Positions 1-9,671 of a DNA stretch of 64,000 bases are shown one piece after another. The translations under genes were made by a program, and so were the position numbers. Origin of the DNA: a phage. The stretch lies in sequence record PQ478073.1; one strand, 5' to 3'. The first letter of the stretch is position 1. Every line of letters starts with the position of its first letter. Below the pieces are notes generated by a model, which was not told the DNA's origin, did no database searches, and saw only the letters and a list, made by a program, of their open reading frames with translations.

Positions 1-36
1 ACGGATTCTACTATAGTATCGCTGTCCAATAAATCA

Positions 37-252
37 ATGGATACTTTCCAATTCATCTATACCAGTACTGATAACATTGAAGAAATTGAATTTCAAAACA
101 ATACATTAAGTCCATGTAGTAGTGTTATAACCTTTATGTCATATCTATGGTCAACTAAAACAAGTGCTGTTGTATATAGTTCAAATTATACACAAGATAG
201 TATTGTTGAATCATATAAAGTTCTAAAGGAATACTATGAAAATAACAAATGA
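37..252 (+). CDS. hypothetical protein; frame is open to position 1, so the gene may start upstream of the window
   Basis: ORF track; ATG at 37; frame open from window edge. Confidence 0.45.
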   Translation: MDTFQFIYTSTDNIEEIEFQNNTLSPCSSVITFMSYLWSTKTSAVVYSSNYTQDSIVESYKVLKEYYENNK

Positions 253-817
253 TTTTATTAAAAGTGTAGTACACCCTATGCTTAGTATTATGAAAAAAAT
301 ACAGAATCTACCGGAAGATAACGATTACAAGTTTAATCGTTTTGATTCAGATGTGTTTTGTATTGAAATTGAAATTAATAACAATCGCAATTTACATTTA
401 AAATTCAAAGAATCTTCGAGTCCGTACTACAACTTTGATATGAATTTTAAAATAGATACTGACATTGAAGAAAACATAATATCAAATCATACTAGCAAAA
501 ATGGTTTTATGCATAGAACTACTATGTACAATAATAAAAATAGTATTATATCTAAATGGAATCAACAATTCACTAAAATTTGTGAAATTGAATATAATGA
601 TTTTGGTGAAGAACATTACTTTCAGTTAAGTACAATTCATGAACTTCCACCATATGATTATGTTAAAACATGGTTTGATATTCATAATATAATTGATGAT
701 GCAATCAAACTTCCATTTGGTGTGTCAATATCATATACTGCTCCTAAAACATTTGTTTTTACTGAAGATATGATTATGAAAAAGATATGGGCAATTATCC
801 CACTTATGATGGATTAA
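236..817 (+). CDS. hypothetical protein, dispersed paralog family F (shared EEHxFQLSTxHxL motif)
   Basis: ORF track; AAAGGA RBS before ATG; motif EEHYFQLSTIHELPPYDY. Confidence 0.65.
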   Translation: MKITNDFIKSVVHPMLSIMKKIQNLPEDNDYKFNRFDSDVFCIEIEINNNRNLHLKFKESSSPYYNFDMNFKIDTDIEENIISNHTSKNGFMHRTTMYNNKNSIISKWNQQFTKICEIEYNDFGEEHYFQLSTIHELPPYDYVKTWFDIHNIIDDAIKLPFGVSISYTAPKTFVFTEDMIMKKIWAIIPLMMD

Positions 818-823
818 ATTCGT

Positions 824-848
824 ACCAGGGGTTGACTCTGGTATTTTT
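824..848 (+). terminator. putative rho-independent terminator
   Basis: short stem ACCAG/CTGGT followed by T-run. Confidence 0.35.
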
Positions 849-878
849 GTATGATACATTGTCCTAAAGGAGAATTTT

Positions 879-1430
879 ATGAACTACAATCATGATCTTT
901 TTACATTATGTGCATCCAAATGTGTTGATGGATGGACAGATAAAATCAATACCATAATTCATCGATATCTGGTCTTTAGTTCTCGTGCACGAAGTGAGGG
1001 GGCTATGGATTTCAAATATACACTATCTATTGATGGTGTAACTATCCATGCAGACGAAGAACGTCTGAGCATTAATTTGTATGATTCCTGTGTATTTGCT
1101 ATTCACCAAAAGATGGGGAAAGGATGGGGTTGTAATAACATTAACTCAAAAGCTATCTTTTGGGTTGGTCACCACCAGACAGTACTTGATCCTTCAATCA
1201 AATCTAATCTTTTATCCGATAATATGGTTTATGATTTATTGTACTCCGAAGAACAACATTTTCAGTTAAGTACATTACATGATCTGGCACAGTACGAGGA
1301 TTGTTACAAAACATTAGAACTATGCCATTCCCTTGAACTTAAAGATAAATTGATACAAGTTTACCCTTCATTCTTTCATGAAGAAGTACAAAGTACACTA
1401 GATCATATTTTATATGGATACGATAAATGA
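879..1430 (+). CDS. hypothetical protein, paralog family F
   Basis: ORF track; AAGGAG RBS; motif EEQHFQLSTLHDLAQYED. Confidence 0.7.
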   Translation: MNYNHDLFTLCASKCVDGWTDKINTIIHRYLVFSSRARSEGAMDFKYTLSIDGVTIHADEERLSINLYDSCVFAIHQKMGKGWGCNNINSKAIFWVGHHQTVLDPSIKSNLLSDNMVYDLLYSEEQHFQLSTLHDLAQYEDCYKTLELCHSLELKDKLIQVYPSFFHEEVQSTLDHILYGYDK

Positions 1431-2029
1431 GAAAAAGTTATCAAGAAGCTATTGACTTAATTCGTGAAGTTATCAAGGTGGCTCCTGCTGCTATTGAGTT
1501 CAAGAAGTCCATATACAAGAAGTATGGGTCAATGTCGAGTATGTGCTTTCAAAAGAAACGTAGAGCATTCACTACCCAGTACTGGAATGATTCTATCATC
1601 CTGAGCAATGAGACTCAGCGTATTTTAACACTAGAATCTGAACCTAATGAGTACGGGGAAGGGAACATTTGTGTACCTGATTATGATGAAATTAACTTCA
1701 ACTGCGGTGATTTTGAAACAACATTATTACTTCATGAGGGTTATCCAGAAGGTGATGTATTAGCTGAGTACAATCCAAAAACTAAAATTCTCAAAAGAGG
1801 AATCCAGTTCACTATTAATAACAAAGATGATGTTCAAGCAGCACTGATGCAACTGAGTACAAGTGAACCTATCACTATTAGTGTAGAAGAGTTATGGGGA
1901 ATTATTTCGGTACTCAATGAGTGCTACAAAGTAAAATCATTGCGTAAACACAGCATTATATTACATACCAATATGGCAAATATAAAATGTAAGCACATTC
2001 AAGAAATGGTGGTTCCAGATGGACTTTAA
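1427..2029 (+). CDS. hypothetical protein
   Basis: ORF track; ATGA start/stop overlap with upstream gene. Confidence 0.65.
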   Translation: MRKSYQEAIDLIREVIKVAPAAIEFKKSIYKKYGSMSSMCFQKKRRAFTTQYWNDSIILSNETQRILTLESEPNEYGEGNICVPDYDEINFNCGDFETTLLLHEGYPEGDVLAEYNPKTKILKRGIQFTINNKDDVQAALMQLSTSEPITISVEELWGIISVLNECYKVKSLRKHSIILHTNMANIKCKHIQEMVVPDGL

Positions 2030-2603
2030 AGAAATTGAAAGTAAATTAAAGTACTTCAAAGATATCAAACTTCTTTGGAAAAAGTATAAAGTTGATTACA
2101 ATTTCAGTGATGATGAGACAATAAAATACATTGAGATTAATATCAAAATCAAGTTCAAGAATAATAATTATGGTGAAGTAACCTTAAATCATACTGGTAT
2201 ATCACTCAAGGACTATGATGGTACAACACTCGCATATTTTGACTTCACACCAGAACCAGGTGAAACACTACTTAGTGAGATAAATTCCTATGACATGGAA
2301 GTGTTCGGCGGGAATCCGTTACTGTTCCGACTTTCTGAAGAGTGGAGTGAAGAGTACTACACTTACAAAGATGGTGTAGTACTTGACATTCATGGAGAAG
2401 TTGTGAATGACTTGGAAGAACGTTTGTTCCAAGAATTGTGTGTTTCAAATACTTCATATGCATACAATCATATCCTTGACATGTTTGATTTATATAGTAA
2501 AATAGATGCTGAAATGAAGGCACATGGTATTCATTACCTTACAATTAACGACTATGCTCAACTCGAAACCGCTGTGAAAGCATTGACTAAAGTACTGAAA
2601 TAG
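2019..2603 (+). CDS. hypothetical protein
   Basis: ORF track; + strand tiling. Confidence 0.6.
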   Translation: MDFKEIESKLKYFKDIKLLWKKYKVDYNFSDDETIKYIEINIKIKFKNNNYGEVTLNHTGISLKDYDGTTLAYFDFTPEPGETLLSEINSYDMEVFGGNPLLFRLSEEWSEEYYTYKDGVVLDIHGEVVNDLEERLFQELCVSNTSYAYNHILDMFDLYSKIDAEMKAHGIHYLTINDYAQLETAVKALTKVLK

Positions 2604-2612
2604 GAATGAAAT

Positions 2613-3026
2613 ATGAAACTGTATCATGCGAGTACTGTAAAAATTGATAACTTTTATATCCCGTATGGTGGTCTTCATATGGGAGGTAAACACAGTGCTT
2701 TGGAAGCTGCATTACGCAAGCTGAGAAGCCCACTGAACGTAGTAGACGCATGTACAGTATACTTGCATACCTTAGAAGTTGATGTTGATAACGTGCTTCT
2801 GTGTGAAGATTTAGGCAGTGATGATGAGTGGCGTTCACTTATTGAGAATTGCACTGCTCAAGGTTATGATGCTGTTCAGTACAAAAATGACTACGAGCCT
2901 GATAATGTTCCTAGTTATATGATTTGGGATGCATCTAAAGTTCGCATCATTGAAGTTGATGCTATGCATATGGATGAAGCTGAAATGATTATCGAAGATT
3001 TTCTTGATGAATATGAAGGTGTATAA
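2613..3026 (+). CDS. hypothetical protein
   Basis: ORF track; + strand tiling. Confidence 0.6.
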   Translation: MKLYHASTVKIDNFYIPYGGLHMGGKHSALEAALRKLRSPLNVVDACTVYLHTLEVDVDNVLLCEDLGSDDEWRSLIENCTAQGYDAVQYKNDYEPDNVPSYMIWDASKVRIIEVDAMHMDEAEMIIEDFLDEYEGV

Positions 3027-3562
3027 TGACTGACCCGATGGTAGCACTGGCACGTACTAAGTTACTATTAAAGATTGGTGAGATTTTTACGGTTCTTCTG
3101 TCCAATAATATTGATATTACTGAGCTAGATATTAAGCAACCGTGGGAAGTGACTATGTTCTCGGCGTTCCACCGATTGTCATATAAAGGTGAAAGTGTTC
3201 TTGATTTTAACCCTAAAGCAAAATTCATAGATTATGCTGCGTTGTACAGAGAGTTGCACCGAAATATTTATTCCGGTTGTATAACCAATAACTTCAAAGA
3301 AATTAAAGTTCAAACTGCATCACATGAGTTCAATGATTTACTTTATCCAGAATTTAATCTAACTGAAGAATTACTCTTTCAGTACTCGTTAATTCTCACA
3401 AATCTCGAAACGTTAGAGTACTACAAAGAGTTAGTAGATATTTTTATGAATACACGACTTTCAAAAGATATTGTGATATTCTGGTATACAGAGCATGTTA
3501 CGGAGGAATTGCTTACTGAATTTCTTCTAAATATGACAGCTATAAAGGAGAAGTTATGTTAG
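3026..3562 (+). CDS. hypothetical protein (possible distant family F member)
   Basis: ORF track; start overlaps upstream stop. Confidence 0.6.
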   Translation: MTDPMVALARTKLLLKIGEIFTVLLSNNIDITELDIKQPWEVTMFSAFHRLSYKGESVLDFNPKAKFIDYAALYRELHRNIYSGCITNNFKEIKVQTASHEFNDLLYPEFNLTEELLFQYSLILTNLETLEYYKELVDIFMNTRLSKDIVIFWYTEHVTEELLTEFLLNMTAIKEKLC

Positions 3563-4029
3563 ATATTTTAGGAAACATTGATACTGCAAATTATTTTATC
3601 CAGGACGCACTGTTCAATACAGTTCAACATGGATTAGAAGTTCGTCATAACGTTTACCAAGGTGATGGTTATTTCGTTGATATTGTTGAGGCACGAAAGA
3701 ATACGTTTAATGTTAACATTACAACACTGGGTAGACAGAACATTGCACGAATTTTAGTAAGTAAAGATGAAATTGTATTGAGATACAGTGCTAAGTTTAT
3801 GTTGACTTATAAGAAAAAAACTGATATGTTCAGTACTAATTTATTTGATGAGCCATTTGACCTTGAAGATATTGAAGCTACTTTCTTTACTCAAAGTACT
3901 ATGGTAAAATACACTGATGTTCAATTTTCTGCTGATGTAATGTCAGAAACATTACAAATGATCAAGGTATTATTTTATGCATTTGAGCAATTTAGAGAAG
4001 AAAGAAACAAGGTTAACAACCACAGATGA
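3556..4029 (+). CDS. hypothetical protein
   Basis: ORF track. Confidence 0.6.
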   Translation: MLDILGNIDTANYFIQDALFNTVQHGLEVRHNVYQGDGYFVDIVEARKNTFNVNITTLGRQNIARILVSKDEIVLRYSAKFMLTYKKKTDMFSTNLFDEPFDLEDIEATFFTQSTMVKYTDVQFSADVMSETLQMIKVLFYAFEQFREERNKVNNHR

Positions 4030-4390
4030 ACTAATAGAGGCGATCACTAAGGAGTCAAAATACCACAAAGGGATTCGTCTATATTTTATAGATATTGGTT
4101 CAATGGAAGGCATATACATTTATGGTTCACAATCTTTATCTTATGATGTAATGCCAAAAAAACATGTAAAAATCTTTTTAGGTTCAGATAAAAAAACTTT
4201 CTTGACAATTAATGATAAAAACGTTATTATGAATTCGTTGGGTCATGATAAGGTGGAAATTGATCTAAACACACTGGAGGATATTGATTTTTTTCAATAC
4301 GAGTGTTTAGGTGTTGACTTACATGGCATTAGTAGCGATATGATAAAATCATTAATCAAATATTTCGAAGGTGTTCATAAATGTATCTAA
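3977..4390 (+). CDS. hypothetical protein (start uncertain; 53-nt overlap with upstream ORF)
   Basis: ORF track. Confidence 0.45.
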   Translation: MHLSNLEKKETRLTTTDELIEAITKESKYHKGIRLYFIDIGSMEGIYIYGSQSLSYDVMPKKHVKIFLGSDKKTFLTINDKNVIMNSLGHDKVEIDLNTLEDIDFFQYECLGVDLHGISSDMIKSLIKYFEGVHKCI

Positions 4391-4878
4391 CTAAATCAAT
4401 GAAAAATTCATTTGATAAAATCAAGAGTTGTCTTGATGGGGAAAATATTACAAGTGTTACACAAACTGCTGACCAAATTCAAAGCAGTTCAAGTGATTGT
4501 ACTGTTATTTTAGGTTTACATAGTCTACGTTTATCAATAGTAAATAATATTGACAACACTGCTATTGTAATCACACCATGCCATATTCAAAATGAGAATG
4601 GTGTATATCTTCATCACATGGGAACAGTATTTCATATTTTCAATACAAACGAAAACATTGTTAAGGAATACAAATCTCTTAATATTGATTCAGGTGAATT
4701 ATTTCAAATGAGTACTTTGTACTCATGTAATTTTACAGATACTTCATGTATTTTGCCATTTTTCTTGGAAATTATTAAGAAAATGGAAAATTTAAAACGT
4801 GAATACAATAAAGAAATGGTTCCTGAAGCTATATTAAATATTACTAATGCTATAGAGAAGTATAATGCAGTGACTTAA
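4381..4878 (+). CDS. hypothetical protein, paralog family F-like (ELFQMSTLY motif)
   Basis: ORF track. Confidence 0.6.
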   Translation: MYLTKSMKNSFDKIKSCLDGENITSVTQTADQIQSSSSDCTVILGLHSLRLSIVNNIDNTAIVITPCHIQNENGVYLHHMGTVFHIFNTNENIVKEYKSLNIDSGELFQMSTLYSCNFTDTSCILPFFLEIIKKMENLKREYNKEMVPEAILNITNAIEKYNAVT

Positions 4879-4920
4879 TAAAAACGCACATGGAGTGCAT
4901 TAGAAGATCAAGGATAGATC

Positions 4921-5394
4921 ATGGAGATTAAAACTGTTGAAAATGGGAAAATTGATGACATTTTAGAGTTGGACGCATTCAAAGTTCATGATATAATGTT
5001 TAATGTGAAGGACATTATTCAATGTCTATTTTTGTGTAGCAAGACAATGCATGATTTTTTTCACAACCCAAATACTAACGTTTTTATACTAACAATCAGT
5101 ACTGAAAACTCGTTTATCATGGGTATGCCTATGAGTACAAATGAACAATATATTGATTGTGTTATTCGTAATAACGATAGTATTACGCCACAATCTGAAG
5201 TACGTAAAAAGAAAAACACCTACACAATCAAAGATGATAAAATTATGATGTGCTGTAGTAAAGGGTTTATATTAGATAATTTTATCGTCAAAGACAGTTA
5301 TCACGACTTTAAAGTGTCTGAAAATCAATCCAATGTAGTTCTTTATGCGAGTGACATAGAAAGTCTAACAGTTAAAGATCCCAGTTTGGAGTAA
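4921..5394 (+). CDS. hypothetical protein
   Basis: ORF track; GGA RBS. Confidence 0.6.
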   Translation: MEIKTVENGKIDDILELDAFKVHDIMFNVKDIIQCLFLCSKTMHDFFHNPNTNVFILTISTENSFIMGMPMSTNEQYIDCVIRNNDSITPQSEVRKKKNTYTIKDDKIMMCCSKGFILDNFIVKDSYHDFKVSENQSNVVLYASDIESLTVKDPSLE

Positions 5395-5396
5395 GT

Positions 5397-5528
5397 ATGG
5401 CTAAAAATGTAAACAACTTTGTACAAAAGCATATGAATGAGTTTAATAAACCTCAAACACATGTGGACCGTAAAAAAGCAATGAAGAATGGTAAAGTAAA
5501 ACACAAGTCGAGATTTATTCTCGACTAA
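5397..5528 (+). CDS. small basic protein (about 43 aa), below ORF-track size cutoff
   Basis: hand-read ORF MAKNVNNFVQKHMNEF...; GGAG 6 nt upstream; terminator follows. Confidence 0.4.
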   Translation: MAKNVNNFVQKHMNEFNKPQTHVDRKKAMKNGKVKHKSRFILD

Positions 5529-5536
5529 TTTTTTAT
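5507..5536 (+). terminator. rho-independent terminator
   Basis: stem GTCGAGA/TCTCGAC, loop TTTAT, then T-run. Confidence 0.6.
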
Positions 5537-5561
5537 CCGAAATTTAGGAGATTGTATTACT

Positions 5562-6410
5562 ATGGATACAACAGATTTTCTTAATTTTAAAAAGTATTCA
5601 GTACTTGAACATATCAACGAATTTCTGAATTCCCCAACACCATTTGGTATCAGTACATCAGATACATACGATGGATATAGAATCTTCCCATGCAATGACT
5701 TTCAAATTTCTGTCAAAAAAGGTACTTCAAAAGAAGTTGCAATTCGTGATGTAGTACTGTATAGCGATTCTTCTATTTATTACTGTCATGATGTGAACAA
5801 TTTTGAATCTCTTTCAACACCTAATTGTTCATACTACAAATCCAATGACACAATGATGTACAAAGAAGAACACATCAATGGGGTTTCGTTTTATAAAACC
5901 GCCAGCGATAAATCATATACATCTAGAGATGATTTTGGAAAATATACATGCACTATGTATACGGATGATGAAAAATCAAATCGTATTCATTCATTCGAAT
6001 CCAAATTCAAAGAGAGTGAAGTTTCAAATATCACTATACAAGAAAAGGTTACCGAAGATGGTGTTGTGTATCGTAGTACTGCATTCTTCCGAATGAAAGA
6101 TATTGCAACTGGTCGCCCAATGATGTATAATATTGACATATTCATGAAAGGTGAATCATCGGAAGTGGTGATTAGTACTGGTTATCGTGAAAAATATACA
6201 GTTACAATGGAATCACCAGATGCATCATTAGTTCATCTCTTTAACAATTTATATACATTCCAATTCGAACTTAGTTTCGTTCCAAATGAATATCAAATAT
6301 TTGATATATTAAAAAGTAATATTATTAATAAGTTAGAATATTACTACAAGTTAGGTGGTAAGATGTGCATAGTTAATACTATGTTACATAACATAAAAGA
6401 AACATTATAA
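5562..6410 (+). CDS. hypothetical protein
   Basis: ORF track; GGAG RBS. Confidence 0.7.
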   Translation: MDTTDFLNFKKYSVLEHINEFLNSPTPFGISTSDTYDGYRIFPCNDFQISVKKGTSKEVAIRDVVLYSDSSIYYCHDVNNFESLSTPNCSYYKSNDTMMYKEEHINGVSFYKTASDKSYTSRDDFGKYTCTMYTDDEKSNRIHSFESKFKESEVSNITIQEKVTEDGVVYRSTAFFRMKDIATGRPMMYNIDIFMKGESSEVVISTGYREKYTVTMESPDASLVHLFNNLYTFQFELSFVPNEYQIFDILKSNIINKLEYYYKLGGKMCIVNTMLHNIKETL

Positions 6411-6426
6411 ATCTGGAGGATTTGGT

Positions 6427-6720
6427 ATGGATACTAAATTCAAAATTATTTTTAAAACTAAGCCGTATATTCCACATACAGCAGAACGTTTTATACCACA
6501 TGGTGCTGAGGAAATTATTCACCAAGATGGTACTAAGTTATACCTTGTTCCTTGTTCTTATGAACGTGCAGTAGAAATGTTACTAATGAATGCTAGACTA
6601 TGCAAAAACAAGTACATTAGTTACCTATACAATGAACATATTTTAGATTTCAATGATGAAAATATGTTCATTCTAGCAATTGAGGATTTTGATAACTGGT
6701 ACAATATTATTAAAATCTAA
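6427..6720 (+). CDS. hypothetical protein
   Basis: ORF track; GGAGGA RBS. Confidence 0.6.
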   Translation: MDTKFKIIFKTKPYIPHTAERFIPHGAEEIIHQDGTKLYLVPCSYERAVEMLLMNARLCKNKYISYLYNEHILDFNDENMFILAIEDFDNWYNIIKI

Positions 6721-6728
6721 TGAAAATA

Positions 6729-6775
6729 ATGTGAACATATTAGATTCTTGTGATATAATGTTCACATCTTTTTTT
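6729..6775 (+). terminator. hairpin terminator whose loop carries a -10 element
   Basis: 10-bp inverted repeat ATGTGAACAT / ATGTTCACAT followed by T-run. Confidence 0.5.
6731..6759 (+). promoter_or_regulatory. sigma70-like promoter with extended -10 (TGaTATAAT)
   Basis: TGATATAAT about 35 nt upstream of gene start at 6792; weak -35. Confidence 0.45.
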
Positions 6776-6791
6776 GATAACGGAGATATAG

Positions 6792-7178
6792 ATGAATACA
6801 AGTTCAATCCTAAAAGCAATTGGTGGTGTTTTACTCATTGAAGTAAAAGGTGAACCAAAGCTATGCTGTTTAGAAGATATGAAGAATACAAAACACTTCA
6901 GTACTGGTCAGATTTTCAATGCCATTCGTATTCTAAATGACAAATCCATTGCTGATTATGGAAAAGTTTGGCCTGTATATCAAAATGCTGATGGTGATAT
7001 CAGTACTGATTGGAAAACAATTGAGGCGGTACGACAAAGTTGTGAGAGTGATTGGGACTTCATTGTTGAAGTTTGTGATCAACTACAAGAAGATGTTCCA
7101 GAAATTGTCGAACGAAAAGAAGTCCTAGCACGACTTGAAAAATTCCGTCACGGAACACTACAGTATGACACAATCTAA
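6792..7178 (+). CDS. hypothetical protein
   Basis: ORF track; GGAG RBS. Confidence 0.65.
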   Translation: MNTSSILKAIGGVLLIEVKGEPKLCCLEDMKNTKHFSTGQIFNAIRILNDKSIADYGKVWPVYQNADGDISTDWKTIEAVRQSCESDWDFIVEVCDQLQEDVPEIVERKEVLARLEKFRHGTLQYDTI

Positions 7179-7227
7179 TCTGCTTATTAAAAATATCTAA
7201 TTAACATTATATAAAAGGAATTTAAAA

Positions 7228-7533
7228 ATGGAAGACAATGGAATGAAATTTGATATGTTTGAAGGTGTACCAGAGTTCGATTTCAATAAACTTGAAAATG
7301 GTGAAGAATCAGAACTAGTAAGTGTTACACTAAAATCAGATACCAAAAAGAAATATTCCCCATCAGTTCGTTCACGTTCTCAAGAAGAATATGAAACCTT
7401 CATTGAGAGTATTCATTACGAAACGTTCCATCATGCAGATGGTACTCCGTATGAAGTTCGTGTTACAGTACTGAAGCCTGAAGTAAACCCAATGGAAAAT
7501 CTACGTCCTGTTTACTGCTGGGCAAGCCACTAA
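7228..7533 (+). CDS. hypothetical protein
   Basis: ORF track; AAGGAA RBS. Confidence 0.6.
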   Translation: MEDNGMKFDMFEGVPEFDFNKLENGEESELVSVTLKSDTKKKYSPSVRSRSQEEYETFIESIHYETFHHADGTPYEVRVTVLKPEVNPMENLRPVYCWASH

Positions 7534-7542
7534 TAAACCAAA

Positions 7543-7574
7543 GGACGGGATATAATATCTCGTCTTTTTTTTTG
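7543..7574 (+). terminator. rho-independent terminator
   Basis: stem GGACGGGATAT/ATATCTCGTCT then 9-T run. Confidence 0.6.
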
Positions 7575-7585
7575 TCTGGAGATAT

Positions 7586-8434
7586 ATGAAACTTTATCTA
7601 ATCGTTGACTACAGTAAGGGTTATTATGACTACGCAGAAGAATCTGAAGGGTATTGCTCGTCTACTAATGTCAATGTACGCACCAGTAGTACACATGAGC
7701 ATGAATCTATTACAAACCTAAAAGATTTCATCGCATATCGAGCATTTGAAAAGAATTTCTGTCGTAGTAGATATTCGAAGTTTGAGTACCCGTTAATTGA
7801 TGTTCCTGATGAATTGATGTTCCAGTTAATGCTCACTGGAGTACAAGATTATGATTACATCGCGTACAATCACATTACTAAGAAAATTTATATCGGTACG
7901 TCAACACATGACATTTCTATGTATGCATCATGCCCCGATGATCGAATGAATGATAGAAAATCATACTATAGTGGATCAGTTGGTTCAAATGATTCATTAA
8001 ATAAAAATTTATTCTTTGAGTACGAGTTTGATAATCATCGAGGGAAAAAAGACCGAGAAGATTATTGTACTGAAATTGATAGTACCAATGGATATGAAGA
8101 AGTGAAAGAAGCGATAATGCCATATATCCTTGACAAGTACTACAAAGATTTTCAGTACTGTAGTAATTTTCTAATCCGAAATTCTATCATAATCGGTCGT
8201 CAAAGTACTGCATTCTCTAAGTACTACAATGATTCCCCTGTTGCTGAAAATGAAAACTGTAATATTCTCTCAATCCCACGTGAAGATATGGTATTCATGT
8301 TCACATCTTTCATTGAAGATGATGAGTTGTATGTAAAAAACAAGCACAGGTTCATGCCAAGTAAGATTGAGGTTATGAGAAGCTTAAGTGCAGATATCTT
8401 AACTAATTTCACTGAAAAAACAGAATACAACTGA
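7586..8434 (+). CDS. hypothetical protein
   Basis: ORF track; GGAG RBS. Confidence 0.7.
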   Translation: MKLYLIVDYSKGYYDYAEESEGYCSSTNVNVRTSSTHEHESITNLKDFIAYRAFEKNFCRSRYSKFEYPLIDVPDELMFQLMLTGVQDYDYIAYNHITKKIYIGTSTHDISMYASCPDDRMNDRKSYYSGSVGSNDSLNKNLFFEYEFDNHRGKKDREDYCTEIDSTNGYEEVKEAIMPYILDKYYKDFQYCSNFLIRNSIIIGRQSTAFSKYYNDSPVAENENCNILSIPREDMVFMFTSFIEDDELYVKNKHRFMPSKIEVMRSLSADILTNFTEKTEYN

Positions 8435-8460
8435 GACATACCATAAGTTTATGATATAAT
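8432..8460 (+). promoter_or_regulatory. sigma70-like promoter TGAGAC-17-TATAAT with TGn extension
   Basis: same -35/-10 pair as at 22284; faces the ORF-free region. Confidence 0.45.
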
Positions 8461-8464
8461 GTAA

Positions 8465-8497
8465 GGTGACAGCAGAATATGTTGTCGCCTTTTTTTT
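8465..8497 (+). terminator. rho-independent terminator
   Basis: 9-bp stem with G-U pairs then 8-T run. Confidence 0.6.
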
Positions 8498-8498
8498 A

Positions 8499-9034
8499 AT
8501 CCTGAAAGGTTCCATATGGAAATGATTAAAGCCTAATCCACTCGAAAAGTAGAGGGTAGATGAGTAGTCCTTTCAGTACGAACAGCAAATGAAACCCGTT
8601 AGATGATGGCATAGTTTGAACCACTCACGGCAATGCGGCTGTATAAAGAACTCCAATAGGATAAAGAGAGTTCCTCGATAGACATATAAGGATCGCACCT
8701 TACCAATTATCTAAGGGAGATTTCATAAGAAATATGCGGTCGGAATTATACAATATAGTTGCGTCCAAATTTTGTGAAATCAAATACAAGTACTGGTCAT
8801 ATGGTATTTGTATTATGTGTCGGGATGTTTAAGACCGACGACCGTTGCTACAAGAACCGCGATAGAGAGAAACAGAGCAACCCGCTTTCGTCTCGTAAGA
8901 GAATTCGTGATATGAACTATGTGAAGGCCACCAGCGTCAAATTTTTTTGTTCTTTCCCCTGCGGGGGGATGAAATATGCTCAAGCAAACCCCGTCAATAT
9001 TAATTAAAAGAAAATAGTACTTGTAGAATTAGAC
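8499..9034 (+). other. ORF-poor, GC-richer, hairpin-rich intergenic region; candidate structured RNA or regulatory/origin region
   Basis: no RBS-supported ORF; several inverted repeats (TTCCATATGGAA, GTTGCT...AGCAAC, CCCCTGCGGGG). Confidence 0.3.
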
Positions 9035-9109
9035 ATGCGTAGCATGGTAATTCTACTGATGTTGATGGAATCAACGTCACGTATATTCATTGATGTTTCC
9101 ATAGGAATA

Positions 9110-9655
9110 ATGATGGCATTTATTAGAAAACAAAAAACTTTTACCTATAAGACTTTGGATTTTGTTGATTGTGAAAACCAATTACAAGATGAAGATAACT
9201 TTACAGGATTTGTTGTTATTAAAGAAAAAGGATGCATTTCGTATATAAAGGAATTACAAAATGGAATTGAAGTGACTTCAGTTAAATTACTTCCTACTCA
9301 AAAACCAACAATATCAAAAGCCCAGTATGGTAATTATTTTGAAGAAAGATATAGTAATAATTCAATAAGTGTTAAGGCTCATATTATTAAAGGAGAACTA
9401 GAAGGAGAATATAGAAAATACAACCCACAAGGAAAATGTGTTTGGGTTAAATACTTCAATTCAGGATATGATGTAACATCTGAAATTATAGAATTCTTGG
9501 GTTTAAAATGTACCCCTGAGACTATTCATGATTACAAGTTCAATACTGAAGAAGAGTTTAATCTGATGATGCGTTACGGTTCACATTTTAAATTTTTATA
9601 TGAATATAACATTGACAGTAGTACTTTTGATAAGATAGTACACAACTGTCTCTAA
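9110..9655 (+). CDS. hypothetical protein (start uncertain; ORF opens at 9035)
   Basis: ORF track; AGGA RBS before internal ATG. Confidence 0.5.
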   Translation: MMAFIRKQKTFTYKTLDFVDCENQLQDEDNFTGFVVIKEKGCISYIKELQNGIEVTSVKLLPTQKPTISKAQYGNYFEERYSNNSISVKAHIIKGELEGEYRKYNPQGKCVWVKYFNSGYDVTSEIIEFLGLKCTPETIHDYKFNTEEEFNLMMRYGSHFKFLYEYNIDSSTFDKIVHNCL

Positions 9656-9671
9656 CAAAAGGAATTATATA

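Noticed and set aside
1081-1269. Alternative-frame + strand ORFs nested in longer genes (1081-1269, 5878-6096, 6937-7128, 16666-16935, 19916-20119, 20147-20401, 28117-28326, 29000-29218, 42761-42991, 47808-48080)
   Set aside because: They sit wholly inside longer ORFs with recognisable products or better start contexts, so they are most likely frame artefacts of AT-rich sequence.
2613-3026. Tpt1/KptA-like RNA 2'-phosphotransferase call based on an LYHAS motif
   Set aside because: The motif is at the extreme N-terminus with none of the surrounding Tpt1 context, so I kept the gene as hypothetical.
2272-3228. Reverse-strand ORFs 2272-2523, 2490-2693, 2587-2838, 2835-3053, 2989-3228
   Set aside because: All lie antisense inside well-supported + strand genes, lack ribosome-binding sites and have junk-like composition. 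The same applies to the other - strand track ORFs except 33430-33807.
7550-7555. TATAAT hexamer at 7550 as a promoter -10
   Set aside because: The hexamer is the loop/stem centre of a strong terminator hairpin followed by a 9-T run, with no TG extension or plausible -35. I call it part of the terminator.
8759-9007. 82-aa ORF in the large intergenic region
   Set aside because: It opens on TTG, has no RBS at any in-frame ATG and has an implausible composition. The region is treated as non-coding instead.
8499-9034. tRNA genes or a tRNA cluster in the ORF-free region
   Set aside because: I looked for GTTC(G/A)A-type T-loops with matching acceptor stems and found none. This was by eye, so a tRNA scan should confirm.
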